Position numbers and translations under genes: made by a program. A stretch of 64,000 nucleotides of DNA from Malacoraja senta (taxonomy: Eukaryota): assembly GCA_038087875.1 (NCBI GenBank), contig JAXLNO010000230.1, positions 124,001 to 188,000 of the forward strand, in the 5' to 3' direction. Positions 49,350 through 63,509 of the stretch are shown in pieces (the stretch's first letter is position 1; each line of letters begins with the position of its first letter). The notes beneath the pieces are model-generated. The model searched no databases. It worked only from the letters and a program-made list of their open reading frames with translations, and was not told where the DNA came from.

Positions 49350-50744
49350 ATTTTCATTTGATTTCCTGATATAGTTTTGAAGTAAGATATTCTATTTTAC
49401 TCATAATGGACAGAAAAAGTGTTCACTAAGTTATATTTGTCTGTGCTGTATTAAAGCAGAAGTGTATGATTTCAGTCACAAGTCATTTCATTGTTCTAGA
49501 ACCGTTGTATTTTTATGCATGTTATACTTTCAATTGCTTGCTGGTCAATATGAAACATCATTTGAGAATGGGAAATTAATATAAGTGCATACGTTCAAAC
49601 AGTGAAATTAAATATAAATTCCCACTTGGGGATGCATATTGGTTAAATCCCATATTGTTGAGATATCTCTCCTGTTGAAGTTTCATTGGTTTTCCTTTCC
49701 CACCAATAAGTAATCAACAAACTTGCCTTTTATTTTACTGCTGAGGCAGTGAGAACGCTTTCAAAATAACTTCAATAGTTAATGCATACCCCGTGTTTGT
49801 GTTTTCAAATGCGTTCTTGACGATGAATAATCATAGAATCAAGGGTCTGGCAAGTATTCAGGAAAATAACCTGTATTGTCAGGCAGATTTAGGTGTATTA
49901 CAAAAAAAAAGTGATATGCTGAAGAACCTTCTACTTCCAAGAGGGAATCTTGTGTACTATTAGGCCAACGATTCCTGTCAAGAGCACAATTGCCTCCATA
50001 CAATTTATCCGGCTATTATTCAGTTAATCATGCAGCTGCACATTATAGTTAATTCTAAGATTCATGCTGCAAACTTGCTCTTTAATGGGATCTTTATGAA
50101 GATAAAATAGAGGTTGAGGGCAAACAGATTCAACATGATAATGTGTAAAAAAGAACTGCAGATGCTGGATTAAACCTAAGGTAGACAAAATGTAACTCAG
50201 CGGGTGAGGCAGCATATCTGGAGAGAAGGAATGGGCGACGTTTGATCTGATCTTGGTTGATCTGATCTTGGTCGCAACTCTTCTTTGCTGTGCGTCCCCC
50301 ATAACCCTCCACTCCCCTGGTACAAAACTGTCCATCTCAGTTCTGAATCATTTTGGTGCCTTGGTCTCCACAGTTCTCCACAATAGATAATTCTAAGCAT
50401 TTGCAATCTGCAGGAATAAAAAGTTACCACTGATTTCCATGTTAAATGGGTGATCCCTTAGTTTGAAATTGTGATACTGCTCTGAAGTTTAGGCAGCATC
50501 TGTGGAAAGGTAGCAGATTTTAGATCAGAGGTCCTTTGTCAGAATAATTTACTTTTTATCATTACTGTAGAATAATTGGCATGTTTTGCAAGCACTGTTT
50601 TGTTGAACTGACTGGTATGTGCTCGAATATTCTCAAAATCAGATCAATCAATCTCTTGTAATATTGCTGTAACAATCTTGCACCATTGTGCTGTTTTGCA
50701 CTTGTATTTATTGTTGTATTCATCATTACTGTATGTATAGTGTC

Positions 50745-51345
50745 ATATAGTCATATAGTGATCCAGTGTGGAAACAGACCCTTCGGCCCACCTCGCCCAC
50801 ACCGGCCAACAATGTCCCAGCTACACTAGTCCCACTTGCCTGTGCTTGGTCCATAACCCTCCAAACCTGTCCTATCCATGTACCTGTCTAATTGTTTCTT
50901 AAATGATGGGATAGTCCCAGCCTCAACTACCTCCTTTGGCAGCTTGTTCCATGTACCCTTCGTGTGAAATAGTTACCCTCGGATTCCTATTAAATCTTTT
51001 CCCCTTCACCCTGAAACTATGTCCTCTGGTCCTCGATTCCCCTACTCTGGGCAAAAGATTCTGTGCTTCTACCCAATCTATTCCTTTGTATTTTGTATAC
51101 CTCTATAAGATCTCCCTTCATCCTCCTGCGCTTAATCGAGTAGAGACCCAGCCTACTCAACCTCTCCCTATAGCTCACAACCTCTAGTCCTGGCAACATC
51201 CTCGTAAATATTTTCTGAACCCTTTCGAGCTTGACAATATCTTTCCTATAACATGGTGCCCAGAACTGAACAAAATATTCTAAATGCGGTCTCACCAACG
51301 TCTTGTACAGCTGCAACATGACCTCCCAACTTCTATACTCAATAG
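50745..51345 (-). mobile_element. CR1 3' fragment
   Basis: YKTLVRPHLEY...LERVQKIFTRMLPG; (CATATAGT)n tail. Confidence 0.9.
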
Positions 51346-53320
51346 CATATAACCATATAACAATTACAGCACGGAAACAGGCCATCTCGGCCCTTCTAGT
51401 CCGTGCCGAACACTTATTCTCCCCTAGTCCCAACTACCTGCACTCAGACCATAACCCTCCATTCCTTTCCCGTCCATATACCTATCCAATTTATTTTTAA
51501 ATGTTAAAATCGAACCTGCCTCCACCACTTCCACTGGAAGCTCATTCCACACAGCTACCACTCTCTGAGTAAAGAAGTTCCCCCTCATGTTACCCCTATT
51601 CTGTCCCTTAATTCTCAAATCATGTCCTCTTGTTTGAATCTTCCCTACTCTCAATGGAAAAAGCGTATCCACGTCAACTCTGTCTATCCCTCTCATCATT
51701 TTAAAGACCTCTATCAAGTCCCCCCTTAACCTTCTGCGCTCCAAAGAATAAAGACCTAACTTGTTCAGCCTTTCTCTGTAACTTAGTTGCTGAAACCCAG
51801 GCAACATTCTAGTAAATCTCCTCTGTACTCTCTCTATTTTGTTGACATCTTTTTTATAATTTGTCGACCAAAATTGTACACCATACTCCAGAATTGGCCT
51901 CACCAATGCCTTGTACAATTTTAACATTACATCCCAACTTCTATACTCAATGCTCTGATTTATAAAGGCCAGCACACCAAAAGCTTTCTTTACCACCCTA
52001 TCTACATGGGATTCCACCTTCAGGGAACTATGCACAGTCATTCCTAGATCCCTCTGTTCAAATGCATTCCTCAATTCGCTACCATTTACCATGTACGTCC
52101 TATTTTGATTTGTCCTGCCAAGATGTAGCACCTCACACTTATCAGCATTAAACTCCATCTGTCATCTTTCAGCCCACTCTTCCAAATGGCCTAAATCTCT
52201 CTGTAGACTTTGAAAATCTACTTCATTATCCACAACACCACCTATCTTAGTATCATCTGCATACTTACTAATCCAATTTATCACACCATCATCCAGATCA
52301 TTGATGTATATGACAAACAACAGTGGACCCAACACAGATCCCTGAGGCACCCCACTAGTCACCGGCCTCCAAACCTGACAAACAGCCATCCACCATTACT
52401 CTCTGGCATCTCCCATTCAGCCACTGTTGAATCCATCTTGCTACTCCACCATTAATACCCAACAATTGAACCTTCTTAACCAACCTTCCATGTGGAACCT
52501 TGTTAAAGGCCTTACTGAAGTCCATATAAACAATTCAAGAAGATTAGTCAAACATGACGTTCCAGGCACAAATCCATGTTGACTGTTCCTAATCAGACCC
52601 TGTTTATCCAGATGCTTGTATATATTATCTCTAAGTATCCTTTCCATTAATTTGCCCACCACTGACGTCAACTAACAGGTCTATAATTGCTAGGTTTACT
52701 CTTAGAACCCTTTTTAAACAATGGAACAACATGCGCAGTGTGCCAATCCTCCGGCACCATTCCCGTTTCTAATGACATTTGAAATGTTTCTGTCATAGCC
52801 CCTGCTATTTCTGCACTAACTTCCCTCAATGTCCGAGGGAATATCCAGTCAGGACCAGGAGAGTTTTCCACTTTTATATTTTTCAAAGGTGTCCGTACTT
52901 CCTCTTCTTTGAATCTCATAGTTTCCATAGCTACTCTACTTGTTTCCCTTACCTCACATAATTCAATATCCTTCTCCTTGGTGAATACCGAAGAAAATAA
53001 ATTGTTCAATATCTCCCCCATCTCTTTTGGCTCTGCAGATAGCTGTCCACTTTGACTCTCAAATGGACCAATTTTATCCCTCGTTATCCTTTTGCTATTA
53101 ATATAGCTGTAGAAGCCCTTTGGATTTACTTTCACCTTACTTGCCAAAGCAACATATCTTCTTTTAGCTTTTCTAATTTCTTTCTTAAGATTCTTTTTAC
53201 ATTCTTTATACTCCTCAAGCACCTAATTTACTCCATGCTGCCTATAATTATTGTAGATCTCTCTCTTTTTCCGAACCAAGTGTCCAATTTCCCTTAAAAA
53301 CCATGGCTCTTTCCAATTTA
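51346..53320 (-). mobile_element. CR1 LINE ORF2 3' 2 kb, frameshifted
   Basis: [34 protein letters not shown] and FFTQRVV; (CATATAAC)n tail. Confidence 0.95.
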
Positions 53321-53659
53321 GCAGTAGCGGCGACGACGGCTGTCGCTGTGTGCCACTCCGGAGGGGAGGCAGTGGCGAAGAGATCCCAACTGCCTCCCCC
53401 TTTGGCGGCGGCACTTAGACAGTGACGGCCAAGGCAGCGGGGCGATGATGCCGGTGTTGTCCGAGGAGCGCTGACCTTCCTTCCTCCCCACCTCCTCTGC
53501 CCCTTCCCCTCTCTCTCTTGTACGCCTCCCCCTCCACCTTTTCTCACGTCATTTATTCCTTTTCTACTGAGATGCTGCCTGACCCGCTGATCCCCATTCC
53601 CGCCTCTATTCAGTCCTCATAGACATCCTCTGTGCTCCCCTCCCCATCTACCCCCCCTC

Positions 53660-55205
53660 CATTTATCCTGCACTGATCTCCCAATCCATCCTGTACTGTC
53701 CCCCTCCATTTATCCTGCACTGATCCCCCATCCATCTTGTAATTAACTTCCCATTCATCCTGCACTGATCTCCCCATTAATCCTGTACTGATACCCCCAT
53801 CGATCCTGCACTGACCCCCCCATCCTGTACTGATCCACCCTTCCATCCTGCACTGATTCCCCCATCCTGTACTGTCCCCCATTCATCCTGTACTGTCCCC
53901 CCATCCATCCTGCACTGACCCCCTCCATCCCGTACTGTCCCCCATTCATCCTGTACTCTCCCCCCATCCATGCTGCACTGATCCCCCCATCCTGTACTGT
54001 CCCCCCATCCATCCTGTTCTGATCCCCCCCATTCATCCTGTACTGTAGGTATGTTACAAAACTTACTTTCAGTCGCGCTGTAATTCTGCCACTGGCCGTG
54101 TGCGCGATTTTGGCGCCTTTAAGGGGGGGCGGGGTTAAAACGCGGGTTTCTCCTCCCTTGTCCAAGTTAATATTGTGTTGGAGTACAAGCGTTGGCTGAT
54201 GAATCGTTCCTAGTGGCGATTTGTGAATTTTTTATTTTTATTAAATCGTCAATGTCAGCGCTACAATAATTTTAAAATCAGCTCCTGAAGCGTCAACGCC
54301 GATAACGGGGACGGATTTCACGCATGGGACAGGTAAACGAAAGTGCTTTCTTTAAATGTATAAAAGTGCTTCTTAAGAAGCCCTTAATTCACATTTTTTC
54401 ATGCGACACGGTGATTTTATTCCCCGAATTCACGGCAGTATTTTTCATGCCAATACGGGGTTAAATTCACCGCAAATCAACGTTCCAAAAGATCGCGTTC
54501 CAGAAAACCTCACTCGCAAGATGAATTAAATGCCCATTAATTTACAGGTATTAAACATTCAATTCCTTCCATTTGGCCTGTAAATTCATGAAAATTAGAT
54601 TTAAAAATTATGTTATATTGTGAATTATTGTGTGAATGTTATTTGGACACTTAGGCTATTTAAAAATGTTAATCTATTCTTAAGAAATTGATAGATGTTT
54701 AGATCTAGTAATTAAATTTTGTAATTAGCTACAATTAGGTAACTAACTAATTATATGCTTTACTTTCATGTCTTCGAAGTAAGATTGTTTCATATTTGTT
54801 TCAGAATGCTTCAATCTATAATAACTGAAAATTTCTTTCAGTTATCATAATTTTTAAGAAAATTATGGGCTTTTAACTGTCCTCGATCACAGCTTTTGTG
54901 TTAAGTCAATGGAAAAGCAATAGGGAACTAGATGCTAATTTCTGAGTATGATAATGGCCATAACTTTTTTAATACTGAAGATATGAAAGTGAATTAAGTG
55001 TCAAATTAAGCCCCCCCCCCCATTCATCCTGTACTGTCCCCCCATCCATCCTGTACTGTCCCCCCCATTCATCCTGTACTGTCCCCCCATTCATCCTGTA
55101 CTGTCCCCCCATTCATCCTGTACTGTCCCCCCAGTCATCCTGCACTGATCCCTCCCATCCATCCTATACTGATTCCCCCCCCCCCATCCATCCCGTACTG
55201 ATCGC
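53660..55205. repeat. Minisatellite, unit about 21-22 bp (CCCCCATTCATCCTGTACTGT), split by a DNA transposon
   Basis: Arrays at 53660-54045 and 55010-55205. Confidence 0.9.
54046..55009. mobile_element. Second copy of the TAG-ended transposon, without the Harbinger insert; right end lost
   Basis: Collinear with 1973-2588 plus 4761-5105. Confidence 0.9.
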
Positions 55206-55284
55206 CACTGAAATCCCCTCACAATTTTACCTAATCCAACCGACACGCACTAATTCCCCTGCCTCAATCCATCCATTCCGCAGC

Positions 55285-55507
55285 GTCTGTGGAATTCTCT
55301 GCCTCAGAGGGCAGTGGAGGCAGGTTCATGGATGCTTTCAAGAGAGAGCTAGATAGGGCTCTTAAAAATAGTGGAATCAGGGGATATGGGGAGAAGGCAG
55401 GAACGGGGTACTGATTGGGGATGATCAGCCATGATCACATTGAATGGCGGTGCTGGCTCAAAGGGCCGAATGGCCTACTCCTGCACCTGTTGTCTATTGT
55501 CTATTGA
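55285..55507 (+). mobile_element. CR1 3'-end fragment
   Basis: Same 3' UTR as 34900-35122; (TGTCTAT)n tail. Confidence 0.85.
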
Positions 55508-55669
55508 TTGCCTTCTCAACCCCCCGCCATCTATCCATCCTGCTCTGATTCACCCCCCACCCCCCCCCCCGACCCTACTGCGCTGGAAATGTCTTCAGAG
55601 CGAACATTGACTATGTTTGATAACGGAATGCAATCAAGTGTGTTTTAATTCCCAATGTTATTATTGTTG

Positions 55670-57800
55670 TGCTGGCACCATTTGGTCAATCGGTCGATCT
55701 CACTTCTATTCTCTGACTCATCACCATCTGTAATTCGTCCAACAATGGTGGTGTTGTCGGCGAACTTGAAGATGGAGTTCACACTGTGTCCGGCTACACA
55801 GTCATGAGTATAGAGTGACTAGAGCAGTGGGCTGAGCATGCAGCCTTGAGGTGCTCCCGTACTGATTGTTAATGAGGAAGAAGTGTTTCTGCCAATTCGA
55901 GCAGACTGTGGTCTGTGGATGAGGAAGTCGAGGATCCAATTGCAGAGGGATGCGCAGAGACCCAGCTCTGTGAGCTTGGTAACCAGCTTGGAGGGGATGA
56001 TGGTATTGAACGCCGAGCTGTAGTCTATAAACAACAGCCTGACGTAAATGTTTTTATTGTCCAAGTGGTCCAGTGCGGAGTGGAGAGCCAGTGAGATCGC
56101 ATCCTCTGTTGACCTGTTGTGCCAGTCAGCAAAATGTAGTGGGTTGAGGTTCTTGTTTAGATAGGAGTTGATATGTTCACAGATAATAACCTCCTACTCA
56201 ACACATCAAAAACACATGAACTTATCATTGATCTCAGACGTAAGGCACAACCCAAGACCCCCCTACTCATCTCTGGCGAACCCATATCCACCACTGACTC
56301 ATTCAAATTTCTTGGCACTCACATAAGCAATAACCTCAAATGGAAAATCAATTCAGATCACATTTATAAAAAAGCCAACCAAAGACTTTTCTTTCTCCGT
56401 CAGCTCAAGAAGTTCAGAGTGAGGAAACATCTCCTAATCCGATTTTACACAGCCATCATCCAAAGCATGCTCACTTCATCAATAACAGTTTGGTACAGCA
56501 GTTTAGACACTCACTCCCGTAATAAACTACAGCGCATTGTCAACAAAGCATCCAAAATCATCAGCACTCCCCTCCCATCAATAGAATCACTTAATCTCAA
56601 ACGGTCCGTGTCAAGGGTGAAGAAAATCATTTCTGATCCCTCCCACCCAGCTCACCACATCTTCCACCTGCTGCCGTCAGGAAGGCGCTACAGCTCACTG
56701 CCCGCCAAAACATCACGATTTAAAAACAGTTTCTACCCATATGCAATTCGAACTCTGAACACTATGACAACATCACATAGCCACTGTACTGTATACTGTA
56801 TGTTGTTGTGTTTTATGTTATGTTTGACGGGAATCAGCCTATTGTGTAACATCCTGTACTGAACATGAATTCCACCAGCTTGACTGTGGTCATTAAATAA
56901 TCTGAATCTGAATCTGAATATGCACCATATCCAACCTTTCAAAGCACTTCATCACCACAGACGTTAGTGCCACTGGTTGATAGTCGTTGAGGCACGTCGC
57001 CTTACTCTTCTTGGGCACCGGTATTATTGATGCCCTCTTAAAGCAGATGGGAACCTCAGACCTCAGTAATGAGAGGTTGAAAATGTCCGCAAAAACTCCA
57101 GCCAGTTGGTTTGCACAGGTTTTCAGTACTCGACCGGGTATACCATCAGGTCCAGACGCTTTCCGAGGGTTCACCCCCCCTGAAGGATCTTCTGACGTCA
57201 GCCTCTGTGACTGTGACTATAATACCATCAGGGCGTATGGGGGCTCGGGAGGGCACATACGTTCTACCTATCAAAATATGCGTAGAACGTATTGAGCTCG
57301 TCAGGGAGTGATGCTTTGCTGTCACTTGAGCTGCCTCCTGATTACACCTTGTAGGAGGTGATGGCATTCAAGCCCTGCCACAGTTGACGAACACCCGCCC
57401 CATCCTCCAGCTTTGAGCGGAAATTCCTTTTGCCTTTTTTAATGGCCTTTTCAAGGTCGTATCTGGACTTCTTATAGACCTCTGCGTCACCAGATCTGAA
57501 TGCCCTGGATCTGGTCCTCAGAAGAATGCGGATCTCCTGGTTCATCCAAGGCTTCTGGTTTGGAAACACTCGGAAGGTTTTTGTAGGAACACAGTCCTCC
57601 ACACATTTCCTTATGAAGTCTGTAACGACTGGGCGTATTCATTCAGGTTCTTTGCCGAGTCCTTGAACATTGCCCAGTCTACTGACTCCAAGCAGTCCTG
57701 TAGTTGTTCCTCAGCCTCCCCTGACCAGCTCTGTGCGGTCCTCACCTCTGGGGGTGCGCTCTTCAGTTGCTGCCTGTATGCAGGAAGAAGCAGCACTGCT
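55670..57800 (-). mobile_element. Rex/Babar LINE fragment
   Basis: [39 protein letters not shown] and [12 protein letters not shown]. Confidence 0.92.
56175..56917 (+). mobile_element. Rex/Babar LINE 3' end inserted in opposite orientation
   Basis: FKFLGTHI...KANQRLFFLRQL...DPSHP...LPSGRRY...SFYP; ATTAAA plus (TCTGAA)n tail. Confidence 0.9.
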
Positions 57801-58013
57801 AAATTATGTAAAAGCTAAATTATGTATTTTGTGTGATTCTCTAGATCGGGAGTTGTATCACACTGTCAGTTGCAGTAGATAGAACTTTACAATTGACTTG
57901 TAGCTCATTCGTTTTGTTAACAACATATACTGCAGGAAGTGGAATAAACATTATCCTCTGCACTTCAGCCATTAATCTTGATAACCTGAAAAGTTACTGC
58001 TTACCACTTTAAA

Positions 58014-58530
58014 AGGGTGGCACAGCTATTAGAGCTGCTGACTCAAGGGCCTGTCCCACTTTCACGACCTAATTCACGACCTCTGCCGAGTTTGCCCTTG
58101 ACTCATACTCGCAGCATGGTCGTCCGAGGTCGTAGGTAGGTCGTAGCAGGCCGTGATGCTAGTCGTAGGTACTCATGGCATCAAGTAGGTCGGGGCGTTT
58201 TTCTAGCATGATGTAAAATGTCCACGAGTAAAAAAGGTCGTGAATTAGGTCGTGAAAGTGGGACAGGCCCTTCACAGCACCAGAAACCAGGGATTGTTGG
58301 TTTCTTGACCTTGATTGCTGTCTCTATGGAGTTTGCATGTTCTCTCTTTGATTGTGTGAGCTTCCTCTGGGTGCTCCAGTTTCCACCCAGATCTCAAAGA
58401 CGTGCGGGTTTGTAAGTTAATTGACTCTGTAAATTGCCGAAAGTGGGACAACATCGAACCAGTGTGAATGAATTATCGATGTCTGGCATGGACTCAGCGG
58501 GCCACAGGGTCTGTTTCCATGCTGTATCAT
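58014..58530 (+). mobile_element. V-SINE-type SINE interrupted by a MITE
   Basis: Head GGGTGGCACAG...GAGCTGCTG, core GGAGTTTGCATGTTCTC and a CR1-like tail. Confidence 0.8.
58046..58271. mobile_element. Harbinger-type MITE, 226 bp
   Basis: Perfect 37-bp TIRs AGGGCCTGTCCCACTTTCACGACCTAATTCACGACCT; 3-bp TSD TCA. Confidence 0.92.
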
Positions 58531-60457
58531 TAAAAAAAAAAAAAAAAATTGAAGCATTGTTCTCAATTCAACCATTTATTAAAACTAGGAACTCAATGGA
58601 CCATTGTGAGGGTATTAACATGTCATTATCTGGATACCTGGTTAGTGAATGCCTGATCATTTGTAAAGCAGAACTTTGCTTGTGGGTGCCCTGCTGTGAA
58701 TATTTTTCTGAACTTTCTACTGCAAATTAATTTTCAGTATGTGGTCTAAAGTTGATTTAATTGTGCGTTAAGGATTTGAAAGAATATTGATCTAGTTGGA
58801 TATAATGTTCAGAAGAGCTGAGAATACATGAATTTGACTTAGTAATACGTTGAAAAAGAACAATCATGAGGGTCACGATGCCATAAAATGCTTCATAACT
58901 AAAGAAGTACTTTTAAAGGGGGGCAAGTATGTAATATTGAGGGCACTGATAAGCCTCTTTGGGATTGTATTATCAAAGTGGTTGGAAACATTGTTTACTT
59001 TTAAGGTTTAATGTAATACGACATAAATTAAAATTACTATTAATGTATCGAACCATTTTTGTTAATTTTCAAGCAGAGCAGACACTAGATCAAAAAACAC
59101 TACAGTTAATTGAAAAGCAAATGCCCAGTTATGCAGGTTCAAATTTATCCTTTTCCCACATGAAATTATTTTCATGAGACGGCACTCTTACTACTTCTGA
59201 ATGGCACATGTTCTTTAAAAGACTTGCCATTGTTTCAAATTTGTGCACTTAAACCGTAACGTGCCCTTGATTGTCATTCAAATTTAATAAAAATTGCATT
59301 TTCATTGCCCAGGAAATGTTGTAATGTTGATGTTCTTTAGCTTTAAGCGATTAGATGTCAAGGTCAGAGAATAAATTTGCATACTATTGAAATTTATCTT
59401 GTTTTGGGCTTCCTATAGAAGAGTAATAATTGAATAGCTTAATGGTTAGAATGTTAATGGAAGGTAAAGGCATAACAATCAAATCTTGCTAAATGTTATT
59501 TTTTTTCCACAAAGTCAGCATGGTAGCTGGCAGTCAGTTGGAACTTTAATTTCTTTGCATCATTTGGCAGAAAACAATTTTTGTTGTTAACGACACAACT
59601 AGGGTTGTGTTGGGAATTCAAATACAGAAATTGTAAATTCCTGTCTTTACAAGCAAGTTTTCTTCACTATTCTTGTGAAAATCATTTAGTATTGTATTTA
59701 TGTTTAATACAATTGAGCTTTTGTTAAATGCAGAATATTTTTGAATATATTTGTATTTAGCAATGTATTTAAATTATCTTTGAACTGGAAAACAATGAAG
59801 ATCCGGGAACTGTTGACAAATATCAAATTATTGAAAATGTTTAATTAGAAACGATTTCATTATTGACTTTTGCATTAAACACTTCCCCTCATACTGTCTT
59901 TATTTTTTTATTAAACTACTATATTGGCAGTTTATAAACTAAATAGTTTCATAAATGTGCAGAGTGAGGGGGGGAGAGGGGGGGAACACAAAAACTTTGA
60001 GTATAGGTCCTCCCCACATTAAGAACACCCAGCTTATGTACAGCCCATTTGTACGATTTAATCTTTGGGAGACTGGCCGGATGGATTTACCGGCTGTTGC
60101 GGGGCTGCAAGCATATGCTGGATGGTAACTCAGTTTGTGGCAATATCTGAATGGTTGACTTAAACATCCTGGTTGGCATGGTTTATTTAAATATATTTCC
60201 AGACAGCTGCATTTCTGTCTTACAAACCATTTGGGTTGTGAATAAATCTGAGGAATGTAACCTGGCGAGGACCTGATTGTATCCTTCAATCCAAGTATAT
60301 TTTATTTGGTGGTTATTCATGCATGCAATTAATTCTTCTATTGGCCTATGTCATCTCCTTTGGTACTGCCTTTCTTGACAATGCACTGTTGCTTGGAATA
60401 TGGTTCCATGAATAACAAGATCTGTCCGCTGACTTCCCAAATAACCCTTTGTTAATG

Positions 60458-60665
60458 GAGACACAAGGAACTGCAGATGCTGATTTTCAAATCATACACA
60501 AACTACTGGAGTTAGTGGGACAGGCAGCATTTCGGAAGAACATAGATAGGTGACGTTTCGGGTCAGGACACGTCTTCAGATTGAAGAAGGGTCCCGACCC
60601 AAAACGTCACCTATCCATTTTCTCACGAAATGCTCCCTGACCCGCTAAGTTACTCCAGCGCTTTG
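60458..60665. mobile_element. Fold-back Penelope-terminus element with back-to-back hammerhead-like motifs
   Basis: GGTGACGTTTCGGGTC...TCTTCAGA|TTGAAGAAGGGTCCCGACCCAAAACGTCACC. Confidence 0.8.
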
Positions 60666-61234
60666 AACCTATGCTAATACATTAGTTTAGAAGTGATTGT
60701 GGTCAATATCAGATGGAGAAGGTTAGATCTGTTTCCATTCATGTATTTGTTCAGTGCAGCCAAGATAGGTATATTCAGAAGATGAGAACCAATGATGATA
60801 TTTTGAAGCATCTCTGTCATCACCTGCTAATGGTTACTCAAATTCTAAATTGTCATTTTTTTTCCCAGTGCAATAAAACATTTATTCTGTGGGTGGTCTG
60901 ATGGTATGCTTAAGTTTAGCTATGTAACAAATACTTTTCCATTATTTTATGATTTTTATTTTATTTCCTGCTATCATGAAGCTATAAGAATTGTTTCCAG
61001 TTCTTTTTACAATCTTATGTACAAAATATGCCTTACAATTCACATTATTAATGTAAACAAGGCTATTCAAAGATCAGTCTGTGAGCCTGCATTTGTTCAT
61101 TCATCGTTTGATGTTTGGATAATTTTCAACCAATATAGAGGTCGGATGGAAATAAATCATGAGAATATCTGAGGGTGAAACCAAAACAAAAAAAATCTCA
61201 CCAGAATAAATAGAAAGCTGAAAGCAGAGTAGGA

Positions 61235-61770
61235 AACGGCAGCAAAGTGGCGCAGCGGTAGAGACCCGGGTTCAATCCTGACCGCGGATGCTGTCTGTAT
61301 GGAGTTTGTACATTCTCCCTGTGACTGCATGGGTTTTCTCTTGGTGCTCCAGATTCCTCCCATGCTCAAAGACGTACAGGTTTGTAGCTTAATTATAACA
61401 ACTAGAGAGCAATGCTGAACTACTATCTACCTCATTGGAGACCCTCGGACTATATTTGACTTTATCTTGTAATAAACGTTACTGACTTTATCTTGTAATA
61501 AACGTTATTTACGTTTTTCCCTTTATCATGTATCTGTAAACTGTGGATGGCCCAATTGTAATCGTGTATTATCTTTCTGCTGACTGGTTAGCATGCAACA
61601 AAAGCTTTTCACTGTGCCTCGGTACACGTGACAATGAACTAAACTAAACTAATTGACTTCAGTAAAATTGTCCCTAGTGTGTGGAATAGTGTTAGAGTAC
61701 AAGACATCGCTGTTCGGCATGGACTCGGTAGGCCGAAGGGCCTGTTTCTGCTCTGTATCCCAAAAGTCTA
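61235..61770 (+). mobile_element. V-SINE-type SINE with a nested Rex-tail retroposon (61396-61649)
   Basis: GTGGCGCAGCGGTAGA and GGTTCAATCC boxes, V-SINE core, and an insert flanked by TAATT. Confidence 0.82.
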
Positions 61771-62649
61771 AAGAAAATAAGAGTTAGTAATGTCTGCAGA
61801 TGTAGATTAACTTGTACAGTCTATAGTAAATATACCAGTTGGACTTCATTTCCAAAACACTGCTGTTGGCTTTTTATGTAAACATATGTAAACATATTCA
61901 TACATCCAGTTCAATAAATTTTATTTGTTGAAAATTTGCAAATAGGACATGAAGGCTGTGATATATGGAAAGCAATTCTCAGCTTGTTGTAAAGCATTAC
62001 ATAATTTACTACTTATGGCATAAAAGATGCAGCGCATTTTCATCAGTTCCATTCCCCCTTATCTTTACCTTCAACTTATTTTCTCTCGCATGTCCCTCAA
62101 CTTCCCTCAGATTCTTGCTTTTGCCAAATGCGTCTCAGACTAATTTATAGTAAGCTGTTATCCTTCCAGCATATTGATTTAGGAGGCAACGGGAGGACCC
62201 ATGGAAAACCCGCACAATCACAGAAAACATGGCTAGTTAGCACCATCTTAAGCAGTGCCTAAGGTCATGATTGATCCTGGGTTGCTTCCTTTGTGCTGCC
62301 CATGGCAAGGATTTGTTATCTTCTAAATTGTACAATCTAAAAGCAGAGCACCCAGCATGCGTTTCAGGTACTGATGGATTTGTTTTTTGTTTTCTTTGTT
62401 TCTAGTGCATACATCAGAAGTAATCCATTTTGTGGCTGTGTAGAACAAAGAACATAGGAGTAGCATTTCTGGTACAAACCAAGGTCTTGCCCTTCTGAAA
62501 ACAAACCTAATTAGGAAGCCTAGACCATGGGATCAAAAAAGAGGGACATTTATGCACAATGCCAGGCTTTGTTTCTGTTGTTTCCTATTAGGTTTCCTGT
62601 GTAAGTTATTGATATTTTTTTAATCATTGGCAAGTTGTGTGTTTGAGTG

Positions 62650-63370
62650 CTAACTAGTAAAATCGTACTATACATGAGCATAATCAAACCCTATACAAGT
62701 ACAACAGGTAGTGCAAAGAGAAACAAATCCAATGCAGAATATAGTGTTATAGCTTTATAGTGTTACAAAAGTGCAGATAAACAAACGTCTGAGGTCCCCA
62801 GTGAGGTAGGTTGGGAGTTCAGGACTACACCCTAGCTTATGAGAGGACTGTTCAATAGTCTGCTAATAGTGTGAAAGAAACGGTTCCAGAATCTGGTGGA
62901 ATGTTCTTTCAAGCTTTCGTATCTTCTGCCCAACAGAAGAGGGGTGAAGAGGGAATGACTGGGATGAAAATAGTCTTTGATTATGTTGGCTGCTTTTCCA
63001 AGGCAGCATGAAGCATGGAGTTAATGGGGGAAGGAGGTGAGTTCATGTGGTACACTGAGCTACACCACAACTCAGCAATTTCTTACTGTCTTAGGCAGAG
63101 CTGTTGTCAAACTAGGCTGTGATATATCCCAATAGGATGCTTTCTACAGTGCATCTGTAAAAGTTGGTTAGAGTCATTGGAAACATGCAAATTTCCTTAA
63201 TCTTCTGAACAATTAGAGATGTTGGTATGCTTTCTTCATCATAACTTAAATGGGTTTGGCTCACAAATTGTTGGTGATATTTCGCCTAGGAACTTAAAGC
63301 TTTCGAGTATTTCCACTTCAGCACCATTGATACTGACTGGGGAATGTACACCTCGTTTTCTGAAGTGAAT
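62650..63370 (-). mobile_element. Old Rex/Babar 3' fragment
   Basis: Reverse complement resembles the LPSGRRY/SFF region and tail of the other Rex copies. Confidence 0.6.
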
Positions 63371-63509
63371 AATTAGCTTTTTAGCAAGTTATACAGAATA
63401 AATATGATATTGCTTATCATTTTCCTTCTGGCTACACTGTGCATTTTGGGGAGGGTGAACAGATCTGTTTAATATTTCAACATTTAACAAATATTTAATA
63501 TTATGCTTA

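Noticed and set aside
53660..55205. CRISPR-like array, also considered for 14345-14520
   Set aside because: Units are directly tandem with no unique spacers, there are no cas genes and the context is eukaryotic.
59939..60289. 116-aa minus-strand ORF in unique sequence
   Set aside because: No recognisable motif or splice support; the length is compatible with chance.
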